Shown here: positions 1 through 10,093 of the stretch, piece after piece
How the letters are laid out: each line of letters begins with the position of its first letter
How positions within the stretch are numbered: the stretch's first letter is position 1
Assembly (NCBI GenBank): GCA_037189525.1
Contig: JBBCJC010000001.1
Location: forward strand, 256,001-320,000
Length of the DNA: 64,000 bases
Origin: Gemmatimonadales bacterium
GTDB lineage: Bacteria > Gemmatimonadota > Gemmatimonadetes > Gemmatimonadales > GWC2-71-9
Reading direction: 5' to 3'
Notes under the pieces: model-generated
What the model was told of the DNA's origin: nothing
Databases searched by the model: none
What the model saw: only the letters and a program-made list of their open reading frames with translations
Program-made: the position numbers and the translations under genes

Positions 1-112
1 AATCACGGCTGACCGCCATCTGCAACGGCGCCGATTCGCGGCATGAGTTCAGGCCCAACACCCCGCCGTACGAGCACGCCGAACCCCTTGACCCACCCGC
101 CCCGGACTCCGG

Positions 113-156
113 CACAAAAGGAACGGGCCCGTCGACGCCATCGCCGACGGGCCCGC
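113..156 (-). terminator. Rho-independent terminator of the large Ig-repeat gene
   Basis: CGGGCCCGTCG (124-134) pairs with CGACGGGCCCG (145-155); followed on the minus strand by TTCCTTTTGT; about 20 nt past the stop at 178. Confidence 0.8.
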
Positions 157-177
157 ACCACCACAATCTGATGCTCG

Positions 178-3100
178 TTACCAGGTACTCAATCGCGTGT
201 GATCGAAGCGGACCGTGTACGCCGTCGGATTGGAACCGCCGGACCCGCTCTCCTGTGGCGTAAACTTGGCTCGAGCGAACGACCCCGCCGAATAGCTCTG
301 GTTGCTGTAGGTCCCCTGCAGCGTGCCGTTGACCCACCACCGTAAGACATGGGATCCGTTGCCACCGGAACGATCCACGATCATTTCCACCTGGTGCCAC
401 CGATCGCGCGCGAGCGGCGTCGGCGTCCCGTTGGCGAGCGGATACTGCCCGCCGCTGAAGATGCGGAGGTAGAACTCGCCCGTCGACGGATCGCCGGACC
501 ACTTGCTCGCGACCAGAATGAGGTTGTTCGGCTCGATGTACGCGAGCTTGTGCAGCATCGACTTCGTGGGGAACGTCGCCCCGAGCTTGAACCAGAACGA
601 CCAGTACACCCGGTTGGTGCCGCTGAAGGTGTACTCGAGCATCGGCGCGCCACCGGCCCGCGCACCAACCGGGAAGGTCCACTCGAGCACCGACGGCCCG
701 GACACCGGCGCCGTGGCATCCGAGGCCATCGCCAGACGCGGGCCTTCAGACGAAGGATTCCATTCCTCGGCCCACCCTCCAGCCCGCAGCGGACCGGCGG
801 GGAAGCCGTAGTCGGTGATCAGGCGGGCGCCCGACGGCTCATTGGGATAACGTCCGGTCCCGCTGGACGGAGGCGGCGGCGCGGCCGCGGCCGAAATTGT
901 CACCGGAATGGTGTCCGCGATTGCGCCACCGGCCACCGAGGCAATGACGCGGTAAGTACCGGCCGTCGACCCCGCAGTGTACAACCCGCTGGAGTTGATG
1001 CTGCCGCCGGTTGCCGTCCAGGTGATGAGAGGATTGGAGACCGAGCCGTCCGTGAGGCGACCCACCACCGACAACTGCTGGGTGCCACCGGCCTGGACGG
1101 TGATCGAGGTCGGATTGATCGCGACGGAGGCCAAAGTCGGCGTCGACTGCGGCCCGGAAATCGTCACAGATGATGTGTCCGCGCGCCCACAGGAGCATGC
1201 GGCAATCACCAGGAACGTCCCTGCAGACCGACCTGCTGTATACAGTCCGTTCACCGAAATGGTCCCTCCCGTCGCTGTATACGTTACAGCAACCGCCCGG
1301 CTGGCGCCATCGGACCACGTCGCCGAGGTCTGGAACTGCTGGGTGGCCCCTTGAGCCAAGGTGGCGCTCGCCGGGGTCATCACGATCCGCGAAACCGTCG
1401 GCGCGCTGACCGTCACCTGGGTCGTATCAGCTACTGAGCCGGCCGTCTGCCGGGCAATCACCCGGTAGGTACCTGGCGTGGTCGGCGCGGTATACGCGCC
1501 CTGATTCGTGATGGTCCCGCCGGTTGCCGACCAACTGACACCCGGAACCGTCGTTCCCCCATTACTCCAAGTCGCCGCAACCGCAAACTGCTGCGTCAAC
1601 CCGGTCTGGAGCGTGATGTTGCGCGGGCTGATCCGGAGCGCCGTCAGAGTCGCCGGCGCCGCCGACACCGTGACCGACACCGTATCGGCAAAGCTCCCAC
1701 CCTGCTGACGGGCAATGATCCGATAGGTCCCGGCGGAGCTGCCTGCCGTATAGCGGCCGCTCGTCGTGATGGTACCGCCGGTCGCGGTCCAGTTGACTGC
1801 CGGCGCGCCGCTGCCGCCGTTGGTCCAGGTGCCCGCCACCGTGTACTGCTGCACACCCCCCGACGCGAGGGTCGCATTGTTGGGAGTGACCACGATACCG
1901 GTCAGCGTCGGCGCCGCCGACGTGACGGTTACCGCCGCGGTGTCCGCGAGGCCGCCATCCCGCTGACGAGCCACGACACGATACGTCCCTGCCGCCGTGC
2001 CGGCCCGGAAGAGCCCGTTGCTTTCGATCGTTCCACCCGTTGCCGACCAGGTGATCTGCGGGACACCGGACCCGCCGTTGGTCCACGTCGCCGCGACGGT
2101 GAACTGCCGGGTGCCGCCCGCCTGCACCGTCGCCGTCGACGGAGAGAGCGTGATGGCGGTGAGCTGCGGAGCCGGCGGCGTGATGGTCACCAGGGCGGTA
2201 TCCGCCACCGTGCCACCCGCTTGCCGCGCAATGATCCGGTAGGTCCCGGCCTCGGTTCCGGCCGTGAAACGACCCCGGTTCGAAATCCGGCCGCCGCTGG
2301 CCGTCCAGGTAATCGACGGCGTTCCGCTGCCGCCGTTGGTCCAGGCCGCGGCCACCTGGAACGTCTGGGTCGCCCCGGTGAGCAACGAGACCGTCTTCGG
2401 ACTCACGGTGAGACCCGCCAGGACAGGCGTGGTCGACGTCACCGTCACCAGACTGGTATCGGCGAGCCCGGTGGAATGCCGCGCAATGACCCGGTAGGTC
2501 CCGCTCGACTGTCCCGCGGTGTAGAGGCCGCCGGTCGTGATGGTGCCGCCGGTTGCCGACCATGACACGCCAGGTGCGCTGGACGACCCGTCGGTCCACT
2601 CGCCGCGCACCGAGAACTGAACGGTCCGCCCGCGCTCGACCGAGGTCCCCGCCGGCGACACCTCGAGCGCCGCAAGCACCGGCGCCGCCACGGTCACACG
2701 CACGGTATCCGCCAGCGCGCCGCCCACTTGCCGCGCAATGACGCGATAGCTTCCAGGCACCGGCCCGGCCACGTACTCACCGGTCGACGAAATCGTCCCG
2801 CCAGTCGCCGTCCACTGGACCGCCGGAACGATCGAGCCGCCATCACTCCAGGCCCCCCGCGGCGAGAACTGCTGCTTCCCGCCGGCGGGCAACGTCACCG
2901 TCGCCGGCTCGACCGCAAGGGTCTGCAGCGTGGCCTTGGGCACCCCGACGACAACAATCGAGGTATCCGCCGCATTGCCGGCCTGCGCAATGACCCGGTA
3001 GGTACCGGAGGTCCGCCCCGCGACATACCGGCCCTCTACAATCGAGCCGCCCGTGGCCGACCAGGTCACCTCGACCGGAAGCGCCAATCCGTTACTGGCG

Positions 3101-4089
3101 TGCGCGGTCGCGGTAAACAGCTGGGTCGTTCCCGGAGTGATCTGCGCGGTCGTCGGCCGCAGCCGAACCGAGGCCACCAGCTCCGGCCGAATCCAAATCA
3201 GGGCGCGGGCCACCATCGCGCCGTTCCGTTCCCGCACCGACACTTCGTACTGCCCCGGCGTATCGCCGGCCGTGAAGATGCCCATCCCGTCGACCACACC
3301 GCCCGTGGCGCTGAAGTCGACTTCCGGCACCTGGGTCCGGCCGTCCGTCCATTCCGCCGAGACCGAGAAGGGCCGCGTCTCGCCGACATGCATCGTATCG
3401 ACACCCGGCGTAATCGACAGCGTCCGCAGTCCGAGCGGAGTGCGAATCAGCACCCGCGCGGTATCGGCGACACCGGTACCGGTCGCGGCAATCACGACAG
3501 CCTCACCATCCTGCGCCGGCGCCGTGTACACACCCGACAGGTCGACACTACCCGAAGAAGCGGTCCAGACGATCGGCACATCCGTCACTGCGCCGTTGGC
3601 CGTCCGGGCCTGCGACGCGAACGTGAAGGACTCGCCCGGGACCAGAGTGACCGAGGGCGGCGAAATCGTCATCTGGCTGACCGCATCCTCCGGACTCAAG
3701 ACCGACACGACGACCGAGTCGACCATCTTGCCGTCGTCTCCAGCCTGCGCAACGATCCAGTATTGTCCGGGGAGATCTGATTGGAAGGTGCCTTCGTCCG
3801 AGATGGTTCCGCCTGAGGCTCGCCAAGAGACCAGAACCGCAGCGCTGTCACCCGTGGCGGTTTTGCCGTAGGCCTGAAAGGTCACCGCCTCGAGCTGCTT
3901 GACAGAACCGTTTCTCGGCCAGACCGCGAGATCGGTCACCTTGGTGGCATTGGGATCGAGAAAGTCTTTGTCCGAGCGCTCACACCCGACTGCCAACCCG
4001 GTCAGTACCCCGCACATCACCGTCCGGGACGCGACCTGACGGAACGTCGTAAACCAATGTCCGGCAAGGCGATACGACAATCGATGCAT
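178..4089 (-). CDS. Large surface lipoprotein with 12 tandem Ig-like (Big_2-type) repeats and a C-terminal beta-sandwich (LamG/polysaccharide-lyase-like) domain
   Basis: Lipobox-like LAVG-C; 12 repeats of about 85 aa (SP..xTL...QF...W...WTATGGTI...G.YTA...GTYRVIA...ADT..VTV); Pro-rich linker; C-terminal RDRWHQVEM..LRWWVNG. Start uncertain (ATG 4089 or 4101; ORF track start 4227 is probably too long). Confidence 0.8.
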   Translation of the reverse strand: MHRLSYRLAGHWFTTFRQVASRTVMCGVLTGLAVGCERSDKDFLDPNATKVTDLAVWPRNGSVKQLEAVTFQAYGKTATGDSAAVLVSWRASGGTISDEGTFQSDLPGQYWIVAQAGDDGKMVDSVVVSVLSPEDAVSQMTISPPSVTLVPGESFTFASQARTANGAVTDVPIVWTASSGSVDLSGVYTAPAQDGEAVVIAATGTGVADTARVLIRTPLGLRTLSITPGVDTMHVGETRPFSVSAEWTDGRTQVPEVDFSATGGVVDGMGIFTAGDTPGQYEVSVRERNGAMVARALIWIRPELVASVRLRPTTAQITPGTTQLFTATAHASNGLALPVEVTWSATGGSIVEGRYVAGRTSGTYRVIAQAGNAADTSIVVVGVPKATLQTLAVEPATVTLPAGGKQQFSPRGAWSDGGSIVPAVQWTATGGTISSTGEYVAGPVPGSYRVIARQVGGALADTVRVTVAAPVLAALEVSPAGTSVERGRTVQFSVRGEWTDGSSSAPGVSWSATGGTITTGGLYTAGQSSGTYRVIARHSTGLADTSLVTVTSTTPVLAGLTVSPKTVSLLTGATQTFQVAAAWTNGGSGTPSITWTASGGRISNRGRFTAGTEAGTYRIIARQAGGTVADTALVTITPPAPQLTAITLSPSTATVQAGGTRQFTVAATWTNGGSGVPQITWSATGGTIESNGLFRAGTAAGTYRVVARQRDGGLADTAAVTVTSAAPTLTGIVVTPNNATLASGGVQQYTVAGTWTNGGSGAPAVNWTATGGTITTSGRYTAGSSAGTYRIIARQQGGSFADTVSVTVSAAPATLTALRISPRNITLQTGLTQQFAVAATWSNGGTTVPGVSWSATGGTITNQGAYTAPTTPGTYRVIARQTAGSVADTTQVTVSAPTVSRIVMTPASATLAQGATQQFQTSATWSDGASRAVAVTYTATGGTISVNGLYTAGRSAGTFLVIAACSCGRADTSSVTISGPQSTPTLASVAINPTSITVQAGGTQQLSVVGRLTDGSVSNPLITWTATGGSINSSGLYTAGSTAGTYRVIASVAGGAIADTIPVTISAAAAPPPPSSGTGRYPNEPSGARLITDYGFPAGPLRAGGWAEEWNPSSEGPRLAMASDATAPVSGPSVLEWTFPVGARAGGAPMLEYTFSGTNRVYWSFWFKLGATFPTKSMLHKLAYIEPNNLILVASKWSGDPSTGEFYLRIFSGGQYPLANGTPTPLARDRWHQVEMIVDRSGGNGSHVLRWWVNGTLQGTYSNQSYSAGSFARAKFTPQESGSGGSNPTAYTVRFDHTRLSTW
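892..3942 (-). repeat. Intragenic tandem array of 12 Ig-like units, about 255-260 bp each
   Basis: Counted by eye in the translation; units 5-10 are the most similar. Confidence 0.8.
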
Positions 4090-4147
4090 ACTGCAGTCCA
4101 TCCATTTTCTCGAAGAAGGCGTCAGCCGATCGAGGCGATTGTGCGGG

Positions 4148-4163
4148 GGCAAGATGCAGGCCT
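4148..4163 (-). promoter_or_regulatory. Candidate sigma54 (-24/-12) promoter of the Ig-repeat gene
   Basis: Minus strand AGGCCTGCATCTTGCC = GG-N10-GC with TTGC, about 50-60 nt upstream of the start. Confidence 0.4.
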
Positions 4164-4457
4164 TTGCGTAATCGTCACGAAAACGCACATAAGACGACGG
4201 TACGCGCCAGGCCTTGCACAACCTCAATAATCACTAGGGGGTGGGCTCATTTTCAAGCCGCCTTTTTTTGCGCCTAGTGTCAACGAAATCAACATCTCGG
4301 CAGCAACATCGGTCAGCCCTCCTTGTTGCATTCCGTCCACATAATCGTGACTGAAAATCGTGCCAATTGGGAATATGACAAGGCGCCGGGGGGCGACCCG
4401 GTATGAGCTTTTCCTGCCTGTAATCCGAAAAGGGAAGCGGTGGGACCGAGGAAGGGG

Positions 4458-5933
4458 CTAGCGGACCCTCATGGAACGGTCGGAGAGGGCATCCAGGGCG
4501 TCGAACACCCGTTCGCCCTCCTCAGCCCGGCTTGCCCGCGTTTGAGGGGCAATGGGGGCGGGACGGCGACCCGCCCGGAACTCCTGATAGCAGCGGAAGA
4601 GGATTTCGGCAGTCCGGGAAACGTCCTCGGCCGGAAGCACGAACGCCGAGGTGCCCGCCAGGAGCTCGGCGGTCGCGCTGGTGGACGAGGTCTGGGCCAG
4701 CACCCACGACGGCTGTCTGATATACTCGAAGACCTTGGACGGGACCGAGAGCGGGGTATCCTGTGGCAGGCTGACCAGGACGGCAGCCTCGGCGTACTCC
4801 TCCAGGACCGCGGCGCGCGAGGCCGGCGGACGCACCACCACATACTCGCCCACCTGCTCCTGGGCGGCCAGGGTCGACAGCGGGCTCCCTCCATAGCTCT
4901 CGACGTTGCCAAGGAAACGGACCTGGAAATCGTCCGGGGTCGCCCCAACCCGACGCACCACCTCGGCCACCGCGCGGAAGAGCGGGCGCGGATCCCGATC
5001 GATGTGCACCGTCCCGGCATACATCACCCGGAACTGGTGTGGCCACGGCTTCGACGGGAGCGGCTCCTCGTCCCACCCGTTCATGGCCGACATCACATCC
5101 TTCGTGGTCCACCGCTCTCGCATGGCACGCGCCGCACTGGGCGTATTCATGATGACGAGATCGGCCCGGTCCACACAGCGCGCCTCGGCGCGTTCAGCCA
5201 GCATCAGCCACAGCGGACTGGCCACGTGCTCCTGAAGATACGTCTGCAGGCTCCAGGGGTCGCGCATATCCATGACGAACGGTACTTCGAGCGCACTGGC
5301 CAGCCGCCGGCCGGCCTCGTGCACGAGATGCGGCGGCCCCGAACTCAAGACGATGTCCGGCGGGGTGGCCGGAAACGCCTCGAGGCCCACGGACACCGCG
5401 GCCTTACTCCAGCCCATTTCCTTGGCATATCGCTGCCAGACGTGATGGGCCCGGACCAGGCCACGCCAATCACTCAACCAGTTGAGCTCATCGCGGCTGA
5501 TCACGACCGGACGGGCCGGATCGGTACCGGCACGAGCCACACCCGAACTGACCGGGCCCTCGCGCGCGGCGGCCCTCGACCGCTTGAGCATGAGCCAGAC
5601 CCGCTCGGCAAAGCGCTCGAATTGCTGCTCCCACGTCGAGGGCTGATCCACCCAGTGGAGCCTGGTGGTCGGCGGCAATTCCTCGACCCGGCTCCAGTCG
5701 CAACTGGAGAGCCGCTCCGCCTTGAGTGTCAGGACGTCGATATCCCAGCCACGTCGATGCCCGATCGCCGCCAGCCGCTGCCAGCGCAGACCACCCACCG
5801 CCTCGCTCGGCGGAAAGTGATAGCCGACCAGCAGCAGGCGCCGGCGACGTGAGGAGACACCCGCCCCCGCACCGGCCTGGAGATCCGGCGCTACCGTTGT
5901 GCCCTGGCCCACGTCACCCTCATGACCTGACAT
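4458..5933 (-). CDS. Glycosyltransferase family 4 (GT-B)
   Basis: N-terminal YHFPP..GGLR, SSGPP, DMRDPW, PSKVFEY motifs; start uncertain. Confidence 0.85.
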   Translation of the reverse strand: MSGHEGDVGQGTTVAPDLQAGAGAGVSSRRRRLLLVGYHFPPSEAVGGLRWQRLAAIGHRRGWDIDVLTLKAERLSSCDWSRVEELPPTTRLHWVDQPSTWEQQFERFAERVWLMLKRSRAAAREGPVSSGVARAGTDPARPVVISRDELNWLSDWRGLVRAHHVWQRYAKEMGWSKAAVSVGLEAFPATPPDIVLSSGPPHLVHEAGRRLASALEVPFVMDMRDPWSLQTYLQEHVASPLWLMLAERAEARCVDRADLVIMNTPSAARAMRERWTTKDVMSAMNGWDEEPLPSKPWPHQFRVMYAGTVHIDRDPRPLFRAVAEVVRRVGATPDDFQVRFLGNVESYGGSPLSTLAAQEQVGEYVVVRPPASRAAVLEEYAEAAVLVSLPQDTPLSVPSKVFEYIRQPSWVLAQTSSTSATAELLAGTSAFVLPAEDVSRTAEILFRCYQEFRAGRRPAPIAPQTRASRAEEGERVFDALDALSDRSMRVR

Positions 5934-7131
5934 GCGATCCGGGTTCCCGTCCATCGTCCAGGTTGGTCAATAGCGCCACGACACCCTCGACATCGCCGAG
6001 CGTGACCCAGCGATGGGAAGGAAAGGTGAACAGATCGGCTTTCAATTGCTGCGCACCAGGATACTCCTCGAGAACACCGGCAATCCGCCCCTCGAGCGCC
6101 GGCACATCCGGCAGGACCCGAGGATATCCGCTCATGATACCGGCCAGGCGTCCCGCCCTGGAACGCACTGCCCGGCTCCGGTCTTCCGAGAGGACGACAG
6201 GATAACGAAGCCAGCCGGGCTCCGCTGCTCCCGCAAGCCGAATGATACCGGCCCCTCGAATAGGAGCAAGGCGCTCACTCCACCATCCTGCCACCCGACG
6301 ACGATCGGCGACGGCCGCCCGGTTTGCCTCCGTTCCAGCCAGCACCAAACCGGCAGCCGTCCGGCCCATTCCGCGCACCGCGCGAGGCGCGTGATATCGT
6401 GTTTCACCGAGCCCAAGGCCAGGGATCGCCTGCGGAATGCCGTAGAGCGCAGGCCGGCCGAGAATCCATTGCGCCGCGACCTTCGCGACGCCGACCGCCT
6501 CCGAGCCCATCCCGATCGGCGCGAGGCCATCCTTGAGTGTAGCAGCAATTTCTACGCCTTTGGGAGACGTGGCCAGCAGCGCGCCGCCGTGACCGCCGAC
6601 CCTGCCCTTCCCCCGGCCAAAGCTCAACACGCCCAGGTCGCCGAGCGACCCGACCGGCCGGTTGCCGATTCGGGCGCCAGCACCTTGGGCAGCATCGTCG
6701 ATGACAACGGCTCCCGCCGCACGCACCGCCGGATACCAGCGACGGACGTCGACCGGCACTCCGTAGAAATGCACGAAGACGACGGCATCGACCCCGGCTT
6801 CGAGCACCCGCTGCAGCGAGCCGGCCTCGGGCGCGAGTGTCGTCGGATCGAGATCGTAGAATCGCACCCGGGCGTCCGCACCTACCGCGGCCGTCACCAG
6901 ATCGAAGCAGCCATAGGCCGGCAGCGCGACCGTGGGACGGACTCCGACGGCTCGAAGGGCCAGCATCAAAGCCGCCGTGCCGCTGTCGCTCAGAACGACC
7001 CGGTCGGCCTCGTACTCCTCGGCCAGCACCCTGCTCAACAGCCGGCGCGGGTCCGTACCAAGCGCGCGCGCCAGTCCCCCCGCCAGGATTCCGGCGGACA
7101 CGGGAGACCAGACCGGCAGCTGGGCACGCAC
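5920..7131 (-). CDS. DegT/DnrJ/EryC1/StrS-family PLP aminotransferase
   Basis: SGTAAL, VHFYG, IDDAAQG, SFGRGK with the PLP lysine. Confidence 0.85.
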   Translation of the reverse strand: MRAQLPVWSPVSAGILAGGLARALGTDPRRLLSRVLAEEYEADRVVLSDSGTAALMLALRAVGVRPTVALPAYGCFDLVTAAVGADARVRFYDLDPTTLAPEAGSLQRVLEAGVDAVVFVHFYGVPVDVRRWYPAVRAAGAVVIDDAAQGAGARIGNRPVGSLGDLGVLSFGRGKGRVGGHGGALLATSPKGVEIAATLKDGLAPIGMGSEAVGVAKVAAQWILGRPALYGIPQAIPGLGLGETRYHAPRAVRGMGRTAAGLVLAGTEANRAAVADRRRVAGWWSERLAPIRGAGIIRLAGAAEPGWLRYPVVLSEDRSRAVRSRAGRLAGIMSGYPRVLPDVPALEGRIAGVLEEYPGAQQLKADLFTFPSHRWVTLGDVEGVVALLTNLDDGREPGSHVRS

Positions 7132-7135
7132 GCGG

Positions 7136-8194
7136 TTATGGAATCAGCCTGGAAAGGATCGGCCCGGCCGCATTGGCAACCGGACTCGGGAGGCGGGACC
7201 AGATCCGGGGCGCCCAGGAGTAGGGCCCGGCGTCCGGCGAGGGCGTACTGGCCTCGCCCGAGGCCGACGCCTGGTACCAATAGAGGGGCTCGTCGACGGC
7301 GGTCCACTGACTCTTGTAGCGATGGGTGCCACTACCGGGAGTACAGCGCCCGAAATTGAAGACACGAATGCCGCTGGCCATGGCTCGGCGCATGAAGGCC
7401 CAGTAGAGTCCCATGTTGGCGGAGATTCGGTTGTAGGCCGAAAGACTGGAGGCCCAGGTCATCTCGAACTCCTGGTGCCACCGGAAACCGACCCCGCACG
7501 CAATCGGTTCGCTACCCAGATAGGCCACGCCGATCCAGACATCATCACCGAACGCTCCGGGCAGCGCCTCGAACAGCGCGCGCGGCAATACCGGCGTACC
7601 AAGCGCGTGCATGTGCGCCCGGAAGACCCGGTAGAACGGTTCGACCTGATCGGGGCCGAACCGAACCTCGACGCCTTCTTTGTCGGGCCGCCGCACCTGG
7701 CTGCGCAGCTTGGCCGGGAAACGCTTCATCAGCGCCTCATCGGAGTCCGACAACTCGAGGCACACGGTGATCTTCCGATGCGATACGGGCAAATCGATCG
7801 GGAGCGGCGTCCGGCTCCGTAATTCGAGCAGCTTGACCTGGTCGGCCCGGGCCCGCTCAGCCGCGGCGCGCGCGAGCGCAGCAACCGCCTCGTCGGTGCC
7901 CAGCGGACCGCCGTAATTGAGGAACGGCATCGAGACGAGATAGTGACCGAACAAGGGACTCTTGACCCGGACGAGCGGCAGAATCCCCTCCAGCACGCCG
8001 TCGGGCCGGTATGCCCCCCAGTAGAGACACTCATGACCGAGCGCCTGTTCGAGCACGGCTTTCCAGGCCCAGCGGTGCATCGCGGTCCACCCCGGATGGG
8101 CCATGCCGAGCGTATCCCATTCCGACGGTGTCCCGGAGAAGGGACGCACCGAGAGCGCGCCCGACTCCACCACCGAAACCCCGTGCTCAGACAT
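7136..8194 (-). CDS. FemAB-like GNAT protein, XrtA/PEP-CTERM-system-associated type
   Basis: LVSMPFLNYGG, KLRSQVRR, LGTPV, FNFGRCT...YKSQW; ATG 8194 overlaps the upstream stop. Confidence 0.85.
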   Translation of the reverse strand: MSEHGVSVVESGALSVRPFSGTPSEWDTLGMAHPGWTAMHRWAWKAVLEQALGHECLYWGAYRPDGVLEGILPLVRVKSPLFGHYLVSMPFLNYGGPLGTDEAVAALARAAAERARADQVKLLELRSRTPLPIDLPVSHRKITVCLELSDSDEALMKRFPAKLRSQVRRPDKEGVEVRFGPDQVEPFYRVFRAHMHALGTPVLPRALFEALPGAFGDDVWIGVAYLGSEPIACGVGFRWHQEFEMTWASSLSAYNRISANMGLYWAFMRRAMASGIRVFNFGRCTPGSGTHRYKSQWTAVDEPLYWYQASASGEASTPSPDAGPYSWAPRIWSRLPSPVANAAGPILSRLIP

Positions 8195-9074
8195 GACGAT
8201 CTCCGATTCGCTCGACGGGCAACTCCGCCAGCTCCGCACCTGCATCCCGCCAGGCCCTTACGGAGACGAAGCGGAAGCGACCGAGCAAGTCCTGGATGCG
8301 CGGCGCCGTTCGGGCCAGACCGCGATAGTGACGAATGCGCGTTAGGGCTCCAACGGGGAGCCGCGGTTGCTCCGGATCCACCTCCCAGGGGTGGATATAG
8401 AACATGCCCGGGCGCCGCTGCTGCTCCGCCTGCCGGAATGCCCCCCGGATTACCGCCAGCGGGAACTGGCGCAGATAGCCCCCGCCCGCCGCCGGGATCC
8501 GCAGCCCGCCTAACGTCAGCGTCGCCAGCGGAAGCTCCAGCAACCGGCCCGCGGGGCGCTCGATCCAGTACGGACCTAGCGGAGCGCCGGGATACCCGTA
8601 CCCCGGGCGCTGGATCGGAAAGACACTCGAGTCGTAGCGATAGCCCTCTTCGAGGAGGATATCGAAGGCCCATTCGATCCCGGGCACGATCGAGAAGCTC
8701 GGGGCACGGAATCCTTCGACCGGGGTGCCGGAGATGTCTTCCAGCAGTGCCTTGGAGTCGTGGAGTTCCCGCCGGAATGCGTCGGGCGTGAGCGTCAGGA
8801 CCCGCTGATGCCACCAGCTGTGCGAACCGATCTCATGCCCGCCGGCCACGATGCGGCGCACCAGATCGGGATGCCGCTCCGCCACCCAGCCCAGCACGAA
8901 GAAGGTGCCCGTGGCGCCACACGATGCCAGCAGATCGAGCAAACGAGCGGTATTGGCCACGACCCGACTCGGATGCGCAGACCACCCCTCTCTCGGCGCA
9001 ACCTGCTCGAACGCCGAGACCTGGAAGTGCTCTTCCACGTCGACCGAGAAATGGTGCACGGGACGGTCAGCCAC
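8187..9074 (-). CDS. Polysaccharide deacetylase, XrtA-system type (DUF3473)
   Basis: SVDVEEHF, TFFVLGW, HEIGSHSWWH, GFRAPSFSI, YDSS, YIHPWE. Confidence 0.9.
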   Translation of the reverse strand: MADRPVHHFSVDVEEHFQVSAFEQVAPREGWSAHPSRVVANTARLLDLLASCGATGTFFVLGWVAERHPDLVRRIVAGGHEIGSHSWWHQRVLTLTPDAFRRELHDSKALLEDISGTPVEGFRAPSFSIVPGIEWAFDILLEEGYRYDSSVFPIQRPGYGYPGAPLGPYWIERPAGRLLELPLATLTLGGLRIPAAGGGYLRQFPLAVIRGAFRQAEQQRRPGMFYIHPWEVDPEQPRLPVGALTRIRHYRGLARTAPRIQDLLGRFRFVSVRAWRDAGAELAELPVERIGDRHV

Positions 9075-10038
9075 GGCGCTCCGTCGCGACGACGATCATA
9101 CTGGGTGATGTGATGGCCCGGTGTCCGGTGAGGCGGTGCATCGCGAGCGCCAGGCGGAAGCAGCCCTGCCGGACCAGCGCGGTCGCCTGCCCGCCAAGCA
9201 TCGGAGAGGGTAACGCCGCAACCCGACCGAATCCGATCTCCCGAAACCGCCGAAACAGGTACCGGCGCCTGAACAGGAACAGGTGCTCCGGATTGAAGCC
9301 AAGAATCCAGGTCTGCTTCCGGCGGCGGAGGCCGTTAGGCGAACCGAGCAGCTTCTGGAAAAATCGAATACTGGCAAACCGGTCCGGAACGCGGAGCACG
9401 GCGGCGCCTCCGGCGCGCACCAACCGCGACAGCGTCTGCCACGCCCGTTTGAGATCCCGCTCGTAGTAGAGGATGTCGCTTGCCACGACCACGTCGAAAG
9501 TGCCGAGATGCGGACTCAGCTGACTCAGGAATCCGCCGGTCGTCGCAAAGCCGAAGCGACGCTCCGCCTCGGCCAGACTGGTGGGTGAGAGATCCTGAAC
9601 CGTGATATCGAGATCGTGACGGCGCGTGACCAGCTTGCCCATCAGGTCGCCACAGCCGCCACCGATATCGATGACCCGGCCGCCTTTCGGCACCAGCGAA
9701 TCGATCAGCCGCACGAGGTGATCGAAAATGGCGCCCCGCTGAATCTCGAAATACTTCCGATCCTTGTAGGTGAACTCGAAATGGTTGCGAATGACCTCCT
9801 CATCGAGGTGCGCATCCGCCCAGATCAGGTCACAGGGACATACCCGAAGTTTGACCAGCGTGCTGTAGTGAATGAACTGTCCCAGGACGCTCCCGGCCGG
9901 GGCGTCACAGTCGGGACAATGCGTCACGGCCGCGGCCTTGGTTTTCCGAAACCCGCGCCGCATGGCATAGTTCACCCACAGCCCCGGTTCATCAAAACCG
10001 ACGTTGTGCCGGAGGACCTCGAGGATCTCCCTGCCCAT
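9067..10038 (-). CDS. Class I SAM-dependent methyltransferase with N-terminal Cys cluster
   Basis: IDIGGGCG motif I; CPDC...CPC; strong RBS AAGGAGG 5 nt before ATG 10038. Confidence 0.8.
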   Translation of the reverse strand: MGREILEVLRHNVGFDEPGLWVNYAMRRGFRKTKAAAVTHCPDCDAPAGSVLGQFIHYSTLVKLRVCPCDLIWADAHLDEEVIRNHFEFTYKDRKYFEIQRGAIFDHLVRLIDSLVPKGGRVIDIGGGCGDLMGKLVTRRHDLDITVQDLSPTSLAEAERRFGFATTGGFLSQLSPHLGTFDVVVASDILYYERDLKRAWQTLSRLVRAGGAAVLRVPDRFASIRFFQKLLGSPNGLRRRKQTWILGFNPEHLFLFRRRYLFRRFREIGFGRVAALPSPMLGGQATALVRQGCFRLALAMHRLTGHRAITSPSMIVVATERRG

Positions 10039-10093
10039 CGTCACCTCCTTCGATCGTCGGGCAGCGCCCCACGACGGCGCCGCCCCTGGCAGG

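Noticed and set aside
1..112. Possible start of a further minus-strand gene at the left edge
   Set aside because: Too little sequence to support a call
892..3942. Repeated DNA motifs as a CRISPR or other non-coding array
   Set aside because: Degenerate, in-frame ~258-bp protein-domain repeats; no identical repeats with spacers and no cas genes
4351..4366. TGGCACGATTTTCAG on the minus strand as a sigma54 promoter
   Set aside because: Good -24 element but the -12 GC is missing
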